Part shown: piece after piece, positions 6,878 through 15,389 of the stretch | Position numbering within the stretch: position 1 is the first letter of the stretch | Layout of the letters: the number at the start of each line of letters is the position of its first letter | From: Nitrosopumilaceae archaeon | Lineage (GTDB): Archaea > Thermoproteota > Nitrososphaeria > Nitrososphaerales > Nitrosopumilaceae | Assembly: GCA_035631875.1 (NCBI GenBank) | Contig: DASQHX010000010.1 | Span: 218,708 to 250,707 of the forward strand | Direction: 5' to 3' | Length of the DNA: 32,000 bases | Program-made: the position numbers and the translations under genes | The notes under the pieces: model-generated | What the model was told of the DNA's origin: nothing | The model's database searches: none | Seen by the model: only the letters and a program-made list of their open reading frames with translations

Positions 6878-7975
6878 ATGCAAAAGTTATCAACACGTGA
6901 TGATAAAAACTTGGATTTTGAGACAGTGCTTGTATTACAAGGCGGCGGCTCTCTTGGTGCTTATGAATGCGGAGTTTACAAAACATTAGACAAACATGGA
7001 ATAAAGTTCGATATAGTTGCAGGAACATCCATGGGCGGAATTAACGCTGCTATAATAGCTGGGTCTAAGAATGATGAGCCTATAAAAAACCTTGAAAATT
7101 TTTGGCTGAATCTAGCAGAAACTGCCACGCCGTCGTTTTTACCACAAAATAAACGAGCACAATTATCATCAATGTTTGTCTCCATGTGGGGAACTCCTAA
7201 TGCATTTCAGCCCATATGGTTTATACCAAATCTATTCAATTTTCTGTATGGTAATAGCCCCTATCTTTATGATGTAGAGCCATTAAAAAAATCAATAAAA
7301 GATCGTGTTGATTTTGAGAAATTGAAAAATTCATCTAGCCCCAGACTCATCATTACATCCACAGATGTACAAAATGGAAAACCCTCCATATTTGATAGCA
7401 AGTATGACAAAATTAATGAGACTCATATTGTCGCAGGTTGTGGTTATCCTTTTTATGGTATTGCATGGACAAAAATAAGTGGTAGATATCTATGGGATGG
7501 ATCTTTGTTGAGCAATACCCCATTAGCCGAAGTAATTAACGCATCACCAATAAATGATAAAAAGGTGTATGTGGTTGATCTATTTCCACATATCAAAGAA
7601 AACCTACCAAAAAATATGATGGAATCATGGCATAGAGCAAGAGACATCATGGATTCAGACAAGACAGAGCAAGCAATCAGAATGTCAAAAATCATTTCAA
7701 GATATCTTTCTTTGATAAAAAATATGCACGATTTTATAGAATCTTCTAATCTTAATGAAAAAGCAAAAAAAGAGTTTGAAGAAATAGAATCTGAATATGA
7801 CAAATTAGCATGTCAACGTGGTACAATAATAAGAGAGATAATTCGCATAAAGCGACAGGAAGAAGAGGATTCTCACTTTCTCTTTGAGAATGCGGACTTT
7901 TCGCTTGCCACTATTAAACAACTAATAAGTGATGGCGCAAAAGACGCAGAAAAAGTTTTGTCAGCTAAATTATAG
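6878..7975 (+). CDS. Patatin-like phospholipase family protein with a C-terminal helical extension
   Basis: The oxyanion motif LQGGGSLGAYECGV (GGGxxG), the nucleophile elbow GTSMG (GxSxG) and the catalytic Asp in WDGSL (DG[A/S]) are all present in the correct order. The N-terminal pattern and the ~120-aa C-terminal extension resemble the patatin+DUF3734 architecture. The DUF name is recollection only. Confidence 0.9.
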   Translation: MQKLSTRDDKNLDFETVLVLQGGGSLGAYECGVYKTLDKHGIKFDIVAGTSMGGINAAIIAGSKNDEPIKNLENFWLNLAETATPSFLPQNKRAQLSSMFVSMWGTPNAFQPIWFIPNLFNFLYGNSPYLYDVEPLKKSIKDRVDFEKLKNSSSPRLIITSTDVQNGKPSIFDSKYDKINETHIVAGCGYPFYGIAWTKISGRYLWDGSLLSNTPLAEVINASPINDKKVYVVDLFPHIKENLPKNMMESWHRARDIMDSDKTEQAIRMSKIISRYLSLIKNMHDFIESSNLNEKAKKEFEEIESEYDKLACQRGTIIREIIRIKRQEEEDSHFLFENADFSLATIKQLISDGAKDAEKVLSAKL

Positions 7976-7986
7976 AAAAACCAGGA

Positions 7987-8370
7987 TTATTGTAATCCGA
8001 TTATCTTCATAATCTTATTTGCAAACTTGTCGATATCCACAGTTGGCTCTGCAGAAACTAACAAGACGTTTGAGTTTATTGGAAAACTTATCATTACTGC
8101 TTTTTGTCTGCGGGATGCAGAATATTTGACAGCGCCAAGACTATAATCAAAATCTTTCCTCATAGATACTCGTAATGCCAATTCCATGTACATTTTTTGT
8201 CTCTCTGCTTCATCCTCAAGTGGTGTTATTCCTTCTTTAAAACCACCTGCAACAAGCCGGCCCATCGAATTTATGCAACCTGCGAATCTGATTTCGTCAT
8301 CTTGTAAAAGATTGTTACATTTTTGAGCAAATAACCAATATTCATCTGTTTTTTCTTTTTGTGTACTCAT
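7987..8370 (-). CDS. Hypothetical cytoplasmic protein (127 aa), possibly a small alpha/beta sensor-like (Roadblock/LC7-like) fold
   Basis: ATG ORF with good coding appearance. The fold suggestion is inference from the pattern (helix - GRLVAGG - helix - beta strands VMISFPI, VLLVSAEP) and is not verified. Confidence 0.6.
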   Translation of the reverse strand: MSTQKEKTDEYWLFAQKCNNLLQDDEIRFAGCINSMGRLVAGGFKEGITPLEDEAERQKMYMELALRVSMRKDFDYSLGAVKYSASRRQKAVMISFPINSNVLLVSAEPTVDIDKFANKIMKIIGLQ

Positions 8371-8531
8371 ACCACCAATAACTCGTTATTATAACATAAA
8401 AACGCTCCTACTATTTTCAATTAGTTTTTTATATTATTTCATTATGATATTTCCAAATTAGCATATTTAAGAAAAAAAATTGTTGTTTCATAGGTTGTTA
8501 AACTAAAATAATACGCTTTTAATTTACGGGT

Positions 8532-8906
8532 ATGATTACTGTAAACTGCAGGGAAGTAGAAGCCATAAAATCAGCACTTGCAGTTTATGTGTCTGATCAG
8601 ATAGAAGCCATTCCGGCACTTAAATCTCATGAATTTATGTTAGCGCCAATAGATGATCAAGAAAAAATTGATGAAAGCCTAGTAGTAAAATCAATAAAAA
8701 ATTTTTTAAATTCTATCGGTGAGGAAGAAAACTTTGCAGTCATAAATATGAATAATATAATTTCCATTGTATCAATAAATGGAAAAGTTTTAGAATCTGT
8801 AAACAATCAACCTACGGATCAATTTTTCTCATGTACACATTGTGGATACATAACAAGATATGAAACAGTCTACAAAAACCATGAAAAAATCCATTACCTA
8901 GTATAA
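8532..8906 (+). CDS. Hypothetical protein (124 aa) with a C-terminal C2H2-type zinc finger
   Basis: The C-terminal FSCTHCGYITRYETVYKNHEKIH fits C-x2-C-x12-H-x3-H. The N-terminal ~95 aa match no family I recognise. The gene is divergent from 7987..8370. Confidence 0.6.
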   Translation: MITVNCREVEAIKSALAVYVSDQIEAIPALKSHEFMLAPIDDQEKIDESLVVKSIKNFLNSIGEEENFAVINMNNIISIVSINGKVLESVNNQPTDQFFSCTHCGYITRYETVYKNHEKIHYLV

Positions 8907-9041
8907 CCATATTTGAAGAAAAAGATGGTTTTAGGATTAGTAGATAGATTAACTAGTAAAAGAAAAACAAACACTTATGCTCACATATTCTGCAAAAAAC
9001 ACGGAACACAACAGTGCAGTTGTTCTTTATGAGATTCTAAA

Positions 9042-9326
9042 TCATTGAGAAATTACATTATAAAACTTTGGTTGTGGAAAACCATTCATATATGAATGAC
9101 TTTTTGATTGGATTTTAGCATGTTCTGTAGTTTGATGCATTTTTTCAAATTTTTCCTTACTTTCAAATTCAACTAACATCAAATGCTTACCATTATGTGA
9201 TTCTAAAAGCCGCCTGCCAATGAATCCATCAAAGTTTGACAATATTTTGTTTGAGTCTCCAACCCAATTTTTAAATTCTGACTCCAAGCCTTTTTTTAGC
9301 TGGATTTCTGCAATCACAACAAACAT
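9042..9326 (-). CDS. Antibiotic-biosynthesis-monooxygenase (ABM/Dabb) domain protein
   Basis: The ORF-track start at 9398 is a TTG. I prefer ATG 9326 (MFVVIAEIQLKKG...), giving 94 aa, the normal size of a single ABM domain. The pattern FVVIAEIQLK...F..W......L....GFIGRRLLES..G.HLMLVEFESKEKFEKM is typical of this ferredoxin-like fold. Confidence 0.7.
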   Translation of the reverse strand: MFVVIAEIQLKKGLESEFKNWVGDSNKILSNFDGFIGRRLLESHNGKHLMLVEFESKEKFEKMHQTTEHAKIQSKSHSYMNGFPQPKFYNVISQ

Positions 9327-9507
9327 AAAATTTTTCAATATTGTTTGATTTAATAATATTTCTCTGATTATCAATTTTGAAAAATACTCACTAATCAATT
9401 GTAAAATAGAGGTTCTAACAAACTCATTTCATAAATATAATCAACATAAAACAACTTTATCTGAATTAGAATAACACTAATTACTAGACGTGTAAACCAT
9501 ACTAATC

Positions 9508-9774
9508 ATGAAAAATGAGAAACAGATTATTGCTGGTTCCATAGCAGCTGCCATCATAGTCATGGCAGTAGCAGTTTTTCCCTTCTGGAATTTAATCCCA
9601 AACAAGGTTACAGAGACAGTGAAAGTCGTATTAATAGATCAAACAGGCTGTACTGCTGAAACACATGACGGATTTGATGTAAAAATTGGCCCATGTAATG
9701 CAAAAGTGGGGGATAACATTACGGCATCATTTGATGGAAAAGTTAGAGATCGGGAAAAACCATTTACGCCCTAG
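9508..9774 (+). CDS. Hypothetical N-terminally membrane-anchored small protein (88 aa)
   Basis: An N-terminal TM/signal-anchor (IIAGSIAAAIIVMAVAVFPFW) is followed by a ~55-aa domain with two Cys residues. No family recognised. Confidence 0.5.
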   Translation: MKNEKQIIAGSIAAAIIVMAVAVFPFWNLIPNKVTETVKVVLIDQTGCTAETHDGFDVKIGPCNAKVGDNITASFDGKVRDREKPFTP

Positions 9775-9788
9775 TTTTGAAAGATTTT

Positions 9789-10145
9789 CTAGAGCAGTTT
9801 TAGATCTTTTGTAACTTTATCAACTTTATCCTCGGGAGCTGGACCTATGGAGATACATGTAACTGTTCCAGGAGCAATTTGAGTATGACCTGCATCTGTT
9901 ACTTCTGACCAAGGAAGATCAAGAGATATTGCATGTCTTTTTACTTTCTCCAATTCATCAAGGCTGGTCACTTTAACAACAACTTTTTCTTGACCTGATA
10001 GTTCCCATTCCTTGTACCACTCAGGATGAGATTTCCTAACATGTTCTGCGCCTAAAACACACGCATGTCCAACCTGAGCAGCTATTTTTCCAGTACCCAT
10101 GTTAAGATCCTTTCTTACTACAACGACTTGTTTAACCAAACCCAT
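9789..10145 (-). CDS. pth2: Peptidyl-tRNA hydrolase, archaeal/eukaryotic PTH2 type
   Basis: 118 aa. VVVVRKDLNMGTGKIAAQVGHA..., ...KVVVKV..., DAGHTQIAPGTVTCISIGP is the characteristic PTH2 pattern. Confidence 0.9.
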   Translation of the reverse strand: MGLVKQVVVVRKDLNMGTGKIAAQVGHACVLGAEHVRKSHPEWYKEWELSGQEKVVVKVTSLDELEKVKRHAISLDLPWSEVTDAGHTQIAPGTVTCISIGPAPEDKVDKVTKDLKLL

Positions 10146-10218
10146 GCCATTTTTAAAACCAATTAGAGTATGTTAAACTTTTGAATTGAATTAAATAATT
10201 GAATCAAATTAAAAAAGC

Positions 10219-11355
10219 ATGGATTATGATGTCATAGTTGCAGGTGGCAGTGTATCTGGTCTTCTTTGTGCAAGAGAAATAGCAAGTCGAGGTCATAGCG
10301 TTTTAGTCATAGAGGAGGATTCAGAGATTGGAACACCTGAGCATTGTGGGGGTCTAGTCAGCATAATGGGAATAGATGAGCTTGGAGTAGTACCCATGAG
10401 AGCAACTCTTGATAACAAGATAAGATCAGCCACAGTTTTTTCACCTGCAAAAAAGAGTTTTTCATTGGATGCAAGATCTCAAAAAGTCATAGTTTTAGAT
10501 AGACGTGAATTTGACAAACAAATTGCACATCAAGCACAAACCAATGGTGCAGAAATCCGTGTTAGATCATCGTTAAGAGAGATTTTTGACGATGGAATCA
10601 AAACTTCAGAGGGCTCATTAAAATGTAAAATTGTGGTTGATGCGCGAGGAGTCTCTTCACTTATTCAAAAAGACAGAACAGGAATATTGCAATCTGCACA
10701 GTATGAAGTGTATGCAGATTGGATTGAAAAGGACAGAATCGAAGTATATTTTGATCAAGAAAAATTCCCTGGTTTTTTTGCATGGATTATTCCTACCAGA
10801 AGAGATGAAGCCAAGGTAGGAGTGGCAGGAAAAGGCATCAATGCTGCTGTCGCTCTTGAGAGTTTTCTCAAAGAGAAAGGAAAACATTCAACGATAAGAA
10901 AGATCTATGCTCCAATTTGGATAAAAGGACCTATACAGAATTTTGTGTCAAAAAATATTATAACCATTGGGGATGCCGCTGGCCAATCAAAGCCTACCAC
11001 TGCAGGAGGTATTTATTCATGCGGTCTTGGAGGTATATTTGCTGGAAGATCCATTTCTAAATTTTTAGAGTCTGGAAAATCATCTGATCTTCTTGAATAT
11101 CAAAAAACATGGACTGATAAATTTGGTCAAGAGTTTGAACATATGCTTCTTGCACGAGGTCTTCTTGAAAGACTAGACAACAAATCAATTAACAAAATGT
11201 TTGAGTCCATAACACCAGAGATTGTAGAAGAAATATCAAAAGAAGGATCCTTTGATTTTCATACGATCTCACTTGCAAAGCTATTGGGTGTAAAAGGTTC
11301 AGTTAAGGCAGTACAGGCAATTTTAGGAAGCGAGTTTAGAAGACTTTTAACATGA
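10219..11355 (+). CDS. FAD-dependent geranylgeranyl reductase family oxidoreductase (probable isoprenoid-lipid saturase)
   Basis: The N-terminal FAD fold is YDVIVAGGSVSGLLCAREIA...VLVIEE. A conserved Cys context is PEHCGG, and a GDAAG motif lies near residue 250. The ~380-aa size is typical of archaeal GGR-family proteins. A TATA-like ttaaataatt lies at 10191-10200. Confidence 0.85.
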   Translation: MDYDVIVAGGSVSGLLCAREIASRGHSVLVIEEDSEIGTPEHCGGLVSIMGIDELGVVPMRATLDNKIRSATVFSPAKKSFSLDARSQKVIVLDRREFDKQIAHQAQTNGAEIRVRSSLREIFDDGIKTSEGSLKCKIVVDARGVSSLIQKDRTGILQSAQYEVYADWIEKDRIEVYFDQEKFPGFFAWIIPTRRDEAKVGVAGKGINAAVALESFLKEKGKHSTIRKIYAPIWIKGPIQNFVSKNIITIGDAAGQSKPTTAGGIYSCGLGGIFAGRSISKFLESGKSSDLLEYQKTWTDKFGQEFEHMLLARGLLERLDNKSINKMFESITPEIVEEISKEGSFDFHTISLAKLLGVKGSVKAVQAILGSEFRRLLT

Positions 11356-11380
11356 GAAGAAATGCAAATGATAAGCAAGG

Positions 11381-11388
11381 TATAAATT
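11381..11388 (+). promoter_or_regulatory. TATA box (tataaatt) about 26 nt upstream of the Zn-ribbon gene ATG; likely promoter of the Zn-ribbon/aEF-1beta/Cdc48 operon
   Basis: A near-consensus TATA element centred about 26 nt upstream of ATG 11411. The downstream genes are separated by only 3-8 nt. Confidence 0.45.
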
Positions 11389-11410
11389 CGGTTTTTTATG
11401 AGCTGTCAAC

Positions 11411-11590
11411 ATGTCATCATCTATTGCATTACCAGTATGCAGCTCATGTCATAGACCTATCATGCCTAATGATAAATGTGTCAAATTCAACTGCCCTAGC
11501 TGTGGTACAATACTAGTTTGGAGATGTGAGAGCTGTAGAGAATCTGCTAAAACCTATAAATGCAAATCCTGCAACTTTGATGGACCATAG
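11411..11590 (+). CDS. Zn-ribbon protein (59 aa) of the family usually encoded next to aEF-1beta (COG2888-like)
   Basis: Below the ORF-track cut-off. My translation is [59 protein letters not shown], with four CxxC pairs and the family-typical C-terminal C..C.F.GP. It sits directly upstream of aEF-1beta, which is the conserved archaeal arrangement. Confidence 0.8.
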   Translation: MSSSIALPVCSSCHRPIMPNDKCVKFNCPSCGTILVWRCESCRESAKTYKCKSCNFDGP

Positions 11591-11594
11591 AAAA

Positions 11595-11876
11595 ATGGCA
11601 CGTCTTTTACTTCGAGCAAAAATTCTTCCAACAGGTACAGAAACAGATCTAGATGGAGTTGCAAAAAACATCGCATCTACATTGAAAGATGGAATACAGC
11701 TTTCAAAATACACAAAAGAGCCATTAGCTTTTGGTCTCTACTTTATTAGCGCAGAATTTTCATTAGAAGATAAGGATGGGCAGATGGACTCACTTGAAAA
11801 CACGGTCAGGGCAATAGAAGGAGTAGGAGAGTTTGAAGTCCTTGGAGCAAGTAGGGCATCTGTAGATGTAAAGTAG
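11595..11876 (+). CDS. ef1b: Translation elongation factor aEF-1 beta
   Basis: I prefer ATG 11595 ([22 protein letters not shown]...), giving 93 aa; the longer track ORF overlaps the Zn-ribbon gene. The pattern ILP....DLD........L......EPLAFGL......F...D..G..D.LE..V..IEGV...EV matches archaeal EF-1beta. Confidence 0.85.
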   Translation: MARLLLRAKILPTGTETDLDGVAKNIASTLKDGIQLSKYTKEPLAFGLYFISAEFSLEDKDGQMDSLENTVRAIEGVGEFEVLGASRASVDVK

Positions 11877-11884
11877 GTGTTTTT

Positions 11885-14056
11885 TTGGTACGTAAAGACG
11901 AACCACTTCAAATGCGTGTTGGCGAAGCAAAACAAAGAGATGTAGGAAAAAGACGAGCTCGTATAGAACCGGAAGCTATGGAATATTTACGGGTAGAACC
12001 TGGCGACATGGTAGAAATTGTTGGTAAAAGATCAAGTTGTGCAATAGTGTGGCCAACTGATGACGATAACAAAGCTCCAGACATGATTAGAATTGACGGT
12101 CAAACAAGAAAGAATGTAGGTATTGGAATTAATGATCTTGTTAATGTGAAAAAGATTGTAGCAAAACCTGCAAAAAGCGTGGTGCTCATGCCAGTAAATG
12201 GAAATGTTACAGTTGACAAGGAATTTACTGATTTTGTAAAAAACAGACTCAAAGGTCTACCACTTTCTGAAGGTGATGAAATTTCTGTAATGATTCTTGG
12301 TAACTCGATGGATTTTAAGATTCATAAAATATCACCAAAGACAGTTGTTAAGATAGAGCGTGCCACAATTCTTACAATTCTAACTGAGACATCAATTGAT
12401 AAGAAATTACGAGTAACATATGAAGAGATAGGAGGATTAAAGACACAGACAAAAAGGATGAGAGAAATTGTTGAACTGCCATTACGACATCCCGAAGTGT
12501 TCCAAACATTTGGAATAGAACCACATAGCGGAATTTTGTTATACGGTCCACCAGGATGTGGAAAGACTTTGATTGCCAAAGTACTTGCTAGTGAATCAGA
12601 GGCAAATTTTTTCTCCATAAACGGACCTGAAATAATGAACAAGTATTATGGAGAAACAGAAGCACGACTCCGTGACATATTCAAAGAAGCAAAAGAAAAT
12701 TCTCCAAGTGTAATATTTATTGATGAAATTGATGCTATTGCTCCAAAAAGAGAAGAAGCATATGGCGATGTAGAAAAAAGAGTGGTTGCACAGCTTTTAG
12801 CTTTAATGGACGGACTTACAGATAGAGGAAATGTCATTGTACTTGGTGCAACAAATAGACCAGAGAGTGTAGATCCAGCACTAAGAAGACCTGGAAGATT
12901 CGATAGAGAGATTGAAATTTCCGTACCAAATGTAGATGGAAGATTAGAGATACTTCACATTCACACTAGAGGAATGCCGCTTGATGAAGATGTAGATTTG
13001 AAAATACTTTCAGCAGAACTACACGGCTACACTGGAGCAGATATCAAATCATTATGTAGAGAAGCTGCAATGAAAGCACTTAGAAATTATTTACCAGAGA
13101 TAGATATGGAGACAGAAAAAATTTCTGCCGAAATTTTACAATCAATGAGAATTCGTTTGCAAGACTTTTACGATGCAATGCATGAAATTGTGCCTACTGC
13201 CATGAGGGAATTCTATGTAGAAAGTCCAAAGATTTGGTGGAAAGATGTAGGCGGATTAGATGATGCAAAAAGAACATTACATGACAACTTGATTATGGCA
13301 ATAAAAGAACCAACAAAATTCCAAAAAATGGGAATCAAACCTCCAAAGGGCGCATTACTTTATGGCCCACCAGGATGTGGAAAAACGCTTCTAGCAAGAT
13401 CACTTGCAACTGAAGGTGGAGCTAACATGATCCTCGTGAGAGGTCCAGAAATTTTATCAAAATGGGTAGGAGAATCTGAAAAAGCAATTAGAGAGATATT
13501 CAGAAAAGCAAAAGCATCATCTCCATGTATTGTAATTTTTGATGAGCTTGATTCTTTTGCTAGAGCGAAATCTATGGAAGATGGCGGTGTCGGAGAGAGG
13601 CTTTTGAGTCAGCTTTTAACAGAGATGGAAGATGGTGGAGCATCCAGAGTTATTGTGCTTGGCATTTCAAACAGACCTGATTTGATAGATACCTCGCTTT
13701 TAAGACCTGGAAGATTAGATTTGATCTTGTTCATACCAGCTCCAGATGAAAAAGGTAGATTAGAGATAATCAAAATACTAACACGTACCATGCCTCTTTC
13801 TGGAGACGTAGATTTGAAAGAAATTGCTGTAGCAACAAAGAATTATAGTGGTGCAGACCTTGTTGCAATATGTAGAGAAGCTGCAGTACATGCAATGCAA
13901 AATGATTCTGCTAAGATAGGGAGCACAGATTTTGCGTCAGCATTAAAGCTTGTCAAACCTTCCATAACAAAAAGTGTAGATGAATGGTATGGTTCAATAA
14001 AAGAGAATATATCATACGCCATACCAAAACCAATCGATAAAACATTTTACGGTTAG
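11885..14056 (+). CDS. cdc48: Cdc48/VCP/VAT-type AAA+ ATPase (N-domain plus D1 and D2)
   Basis: Two complete AAA modules are present, each with Walker A GPPGCGKT and Walker B (IIFIDEIDA and IVIFDELDS). There is an N-terminal double-psi-barrel-like region ([33 protein letters not shown]). The track start 11885 is a TTG, with an alternative ATG at 11912. The C-terminus is ...DKTFYG. Confidence 0.95.
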   Translation: MVRKDEPLQMRVGEAKQRDVGKRRARIEPEAMEYLRVEPGDMVEIVGKRSSCAIVWPTDDDNKAPDMIRIDGQTRKNVGIGINDLVNVKKIVAKPAKSVVLMPVNGNVTVDKEFTDFVKNRLKGLPLSEGDEISVMILGNSMDFKIHKISPKTVVKIERATILTILTETSIDKKLRVTYEEIGGLKTQTKRMREIVELPLRHPEVFQTFGIEPHSGILLYGPPGCGKTLIAKVLASESEANFFSINGPEIMNKYYGETEARLRDIFKEAKENSPSVIFIDEIDAIAPKREEAYGDVEKRVVAQLLALMDGLTDRGNVIVLGATNRPESVDPALRRPGRFDREIEISVPNVDGRLEILHIHTRGMPLDEDVDLKILSAELHGYTGADIKSLCREAAMKALRNYLPEIDMETEKISAEILQSMRIRLQDFYDAMHEIVPTAMREFYVESPKIWWKDVGGLDDAKRTLHDNLIMAIKEPTKFQKMGIKPPKGALLYGPPGCGKTLLARSLATEGGANMILVRGPEILSKWVGESEKAIREIFRKAKASSPCIVIFDELDSFARAKSMEDGGVGERLLSQLLTEMEDGGASRVIVLGISNRPDLIDTSLLRPGRLDLILFIPAPDEKGRLEIIKILTRTMPLSGDVDLKEIAVATKNYSGADLVAICREAAVHAMQNDSAKIGSTDFASALKLVKPSITKSVDEWYGSIKENISYAIPKPIDKTFYG

Positions 14057-14059
14057 AAT

Positions 14060-14380
14060 ATGACAATACCATTCAAAAATAAATTATATGAAATGATAAA
14101 GGAATCTGGATCCTTAACAGATTCGGAACTTTCAAAGTTGTTAATCAAGGGAGGAATTTCAATTCCAGAGGATGAATTCAATAAGACATTACTCAGTTTG
14201 GAAATTTATGGACTAGTCAAGGTAAGTTGGCTCACAAAAGAACAACGTCGAATAGAAATAGTAGAGAAAGAAAACGAGGTAGATGAAGTAGAGCAACAAA
14301 GTAGAGAAAAGTTAGAACGTGATTATGAAGCTGGATTTCCCGGTGTTGACCAAGAACAAGAGATCCCAGAAGAAGTATGA
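14060..14380 (+). CDS. Hypothetical small protein (106 aa): winged-helix-like N-terminal half with a strongly acidic C-terminal tail
   Basis: The ATG is 3 nt after the Cdc48 stop, so the two are presumably co-transcribed. The N-terminal ~65 aa (LYEMIKESGSLTDSELSKLL...LLSLEIYGLVKVSW) look wHTH-like. The C-terminus VEKENEVDEVEQQSREKLERDYEAGFPGVDQEQEIPEEV is highly acidic. No family recognised. Confidence 0.6.
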   Translation: MTIPFKNKLYEMIKESGSLTDSELSKLLIKGGISIPEDEFNKTLLSLEIYGLVKVSWLTKEQRRIEIVEKENEVDEVEQQSREKLERDYEAGFPGVDQEQEIPEEV

Positions 14381-14412
14381 AATAATTTTACTAAATTTTA
14401 AAATAAATTATT

Positions 14413-15387
14413 TTATTTAAAAACTGGAAAGTGAAATGCTGCATCCAGTGCTATTCCAACAAATATTATTGTAAGATAAGGTGCAGTAACCTTGTATGCT
14501 TTCCAAGCAAACTCTGAAGTTGGTGTTTTCGTAAGTTTGTAATGATACACTAGCATCAGACCACCAGATATTGCAGCTATTACAAGATACACATAGCCTA
14601 GTCCAAATGCAACTAGTGCTAGAGAGTATGGTAACAAGATGGCAGTATTTACCAAAATATACTTTGATGTTCTTTGCATTCCAATTAAAACAGGAAGCAT
14701 TGGAACCTTGGCTTCGGCATAATCATCTTTTATTTTCATTGCAAGACACCAAAAGTGGGACGGTGTCCAGACAAATACCAAAACTCCCACAAGAGCTCCT
14801 AGCATATCCATAGAACCAGTTGCGGCAGACCAACCTGCCATAGATGCTGCACTTCCCGCAAATCCACCGATGACAATATTTGAAGAATTTCTTCTCTTAA
14901 GCCATACAGTATAAACAATCACATAGAAAAATATTCCAAGTGCGATGAAAAATGTAGAAAGAGGGTTTAGAGTAAACCATGCAAAGATTACTGAAATTGA
15001 ACTAACTATCAATCCATACAGCAAGACATTTTTTGCAGACATTCTTCCAGAAGGAATCGGTCTTGTGCTAGTTCGTTTCATCAAGGGATCAATGTCTTTA
15101 TCATAATAGTGATTTAGGGCACTAGAGCCAGCAGAAGAAAGCGATCCAGCTATAATAATATACAAAAGACCCCAATAGTTTAGTGTAGGCCCTATCAATT
15201 TACTAGCAGCATACATTGATGTTATTGCCGTAATTACAAGGAGAATAATGATACGAGGTTTAGATATTTCCAGTACTTCTTTTAATCCCAATGTCTCTGT
15301 TAGCGGTTTTGCTGGGAATTTAATTTCTTCGAAGTTTGTCAATAGATACTCAAAAGGATTAATTATCTCACTAATTTGAAGTACCAC
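14413..15387 (-). CDS. ctaB: Protoheme IX farnesyltransferase (heme O synthase), UbiA superfamily
   Basis: A polytopic membrane protein with the UbiA/CtaB motifs LNHYYDKDIDPLMKRTSTRPIPSG and a second Asp-rich region (MKIKDDY). The track start 15387 is a GTG only 2 bp from the divergent gene's ATG. An in-frame TTG at 15291 (LGLKEVLEISKPRI...) would give a more typical N-terminus and a 98-bp divergent promoter region. Confidence 0.9.
   Translation of the reverse strand: MVLQISEIINPFEYLLTNFEEIKFPAKPLTETLGLKEVLEISKPRIIILLVITAITSMYAASKLIGPTLNYWGLLYIIIAGSLSSAGSSALNHYYDKDIDPLMKRTSTRPIPSGRMSAKNVLLYGLIVSSISVIFAWFTLNPLSTFFIALGIFFYVIVYTVWLKRRNSSNIVIGGFAGSAASMAGWSAATGSMDMLGALVGVLVFVWTPSHFWCLAMKIKDDYAEAKVPMLPVLIGMQRTSKYILVNTAILLPYSLALVAFGLGYVYLVIAAISGGLMLVYHYKLTKTPTSEFAWKAYKVTAPYLTIIFVGIALDAAFHFPVFK
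15358..15366 (+). promoter_or_regulatory. TATA-like box (attaattat) about 28 nt upstream of the di-cupredoxin gene ATG
   Basis: An A/T element centred about 28 nt upstream of ATG 15390. It lies inside the long version of the ctaB ORF, which argues for the shorter ctaB start. Confidence 0.35.
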
Positions 15388-15389
15388 AA

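Noticed and set aside
6878-7975. Patatin-like gene as a CBASS/defence effector
   Set aside because: No cyclase/nucleotidyltransferase, sensor or other defence partner is adjacent. The gene has its own promoter and is flanked by housekeeping and hypothetical genes.
8925-9032. 35-aa ORF MVLGLVDRLTSKRKTNTYAHIFCKKHGTQQCSCSL in the gap between 8532..8906 and the ABM gene
   Set aside because: It has some Cys/His residues (H-x3-C-x2-H-x5-C-x-C) but no recognisable zinc-ribbon or finger spacing, and no promoter-like element at the right distance. It is kept only as a note and could be re-examined by comparative genomics.
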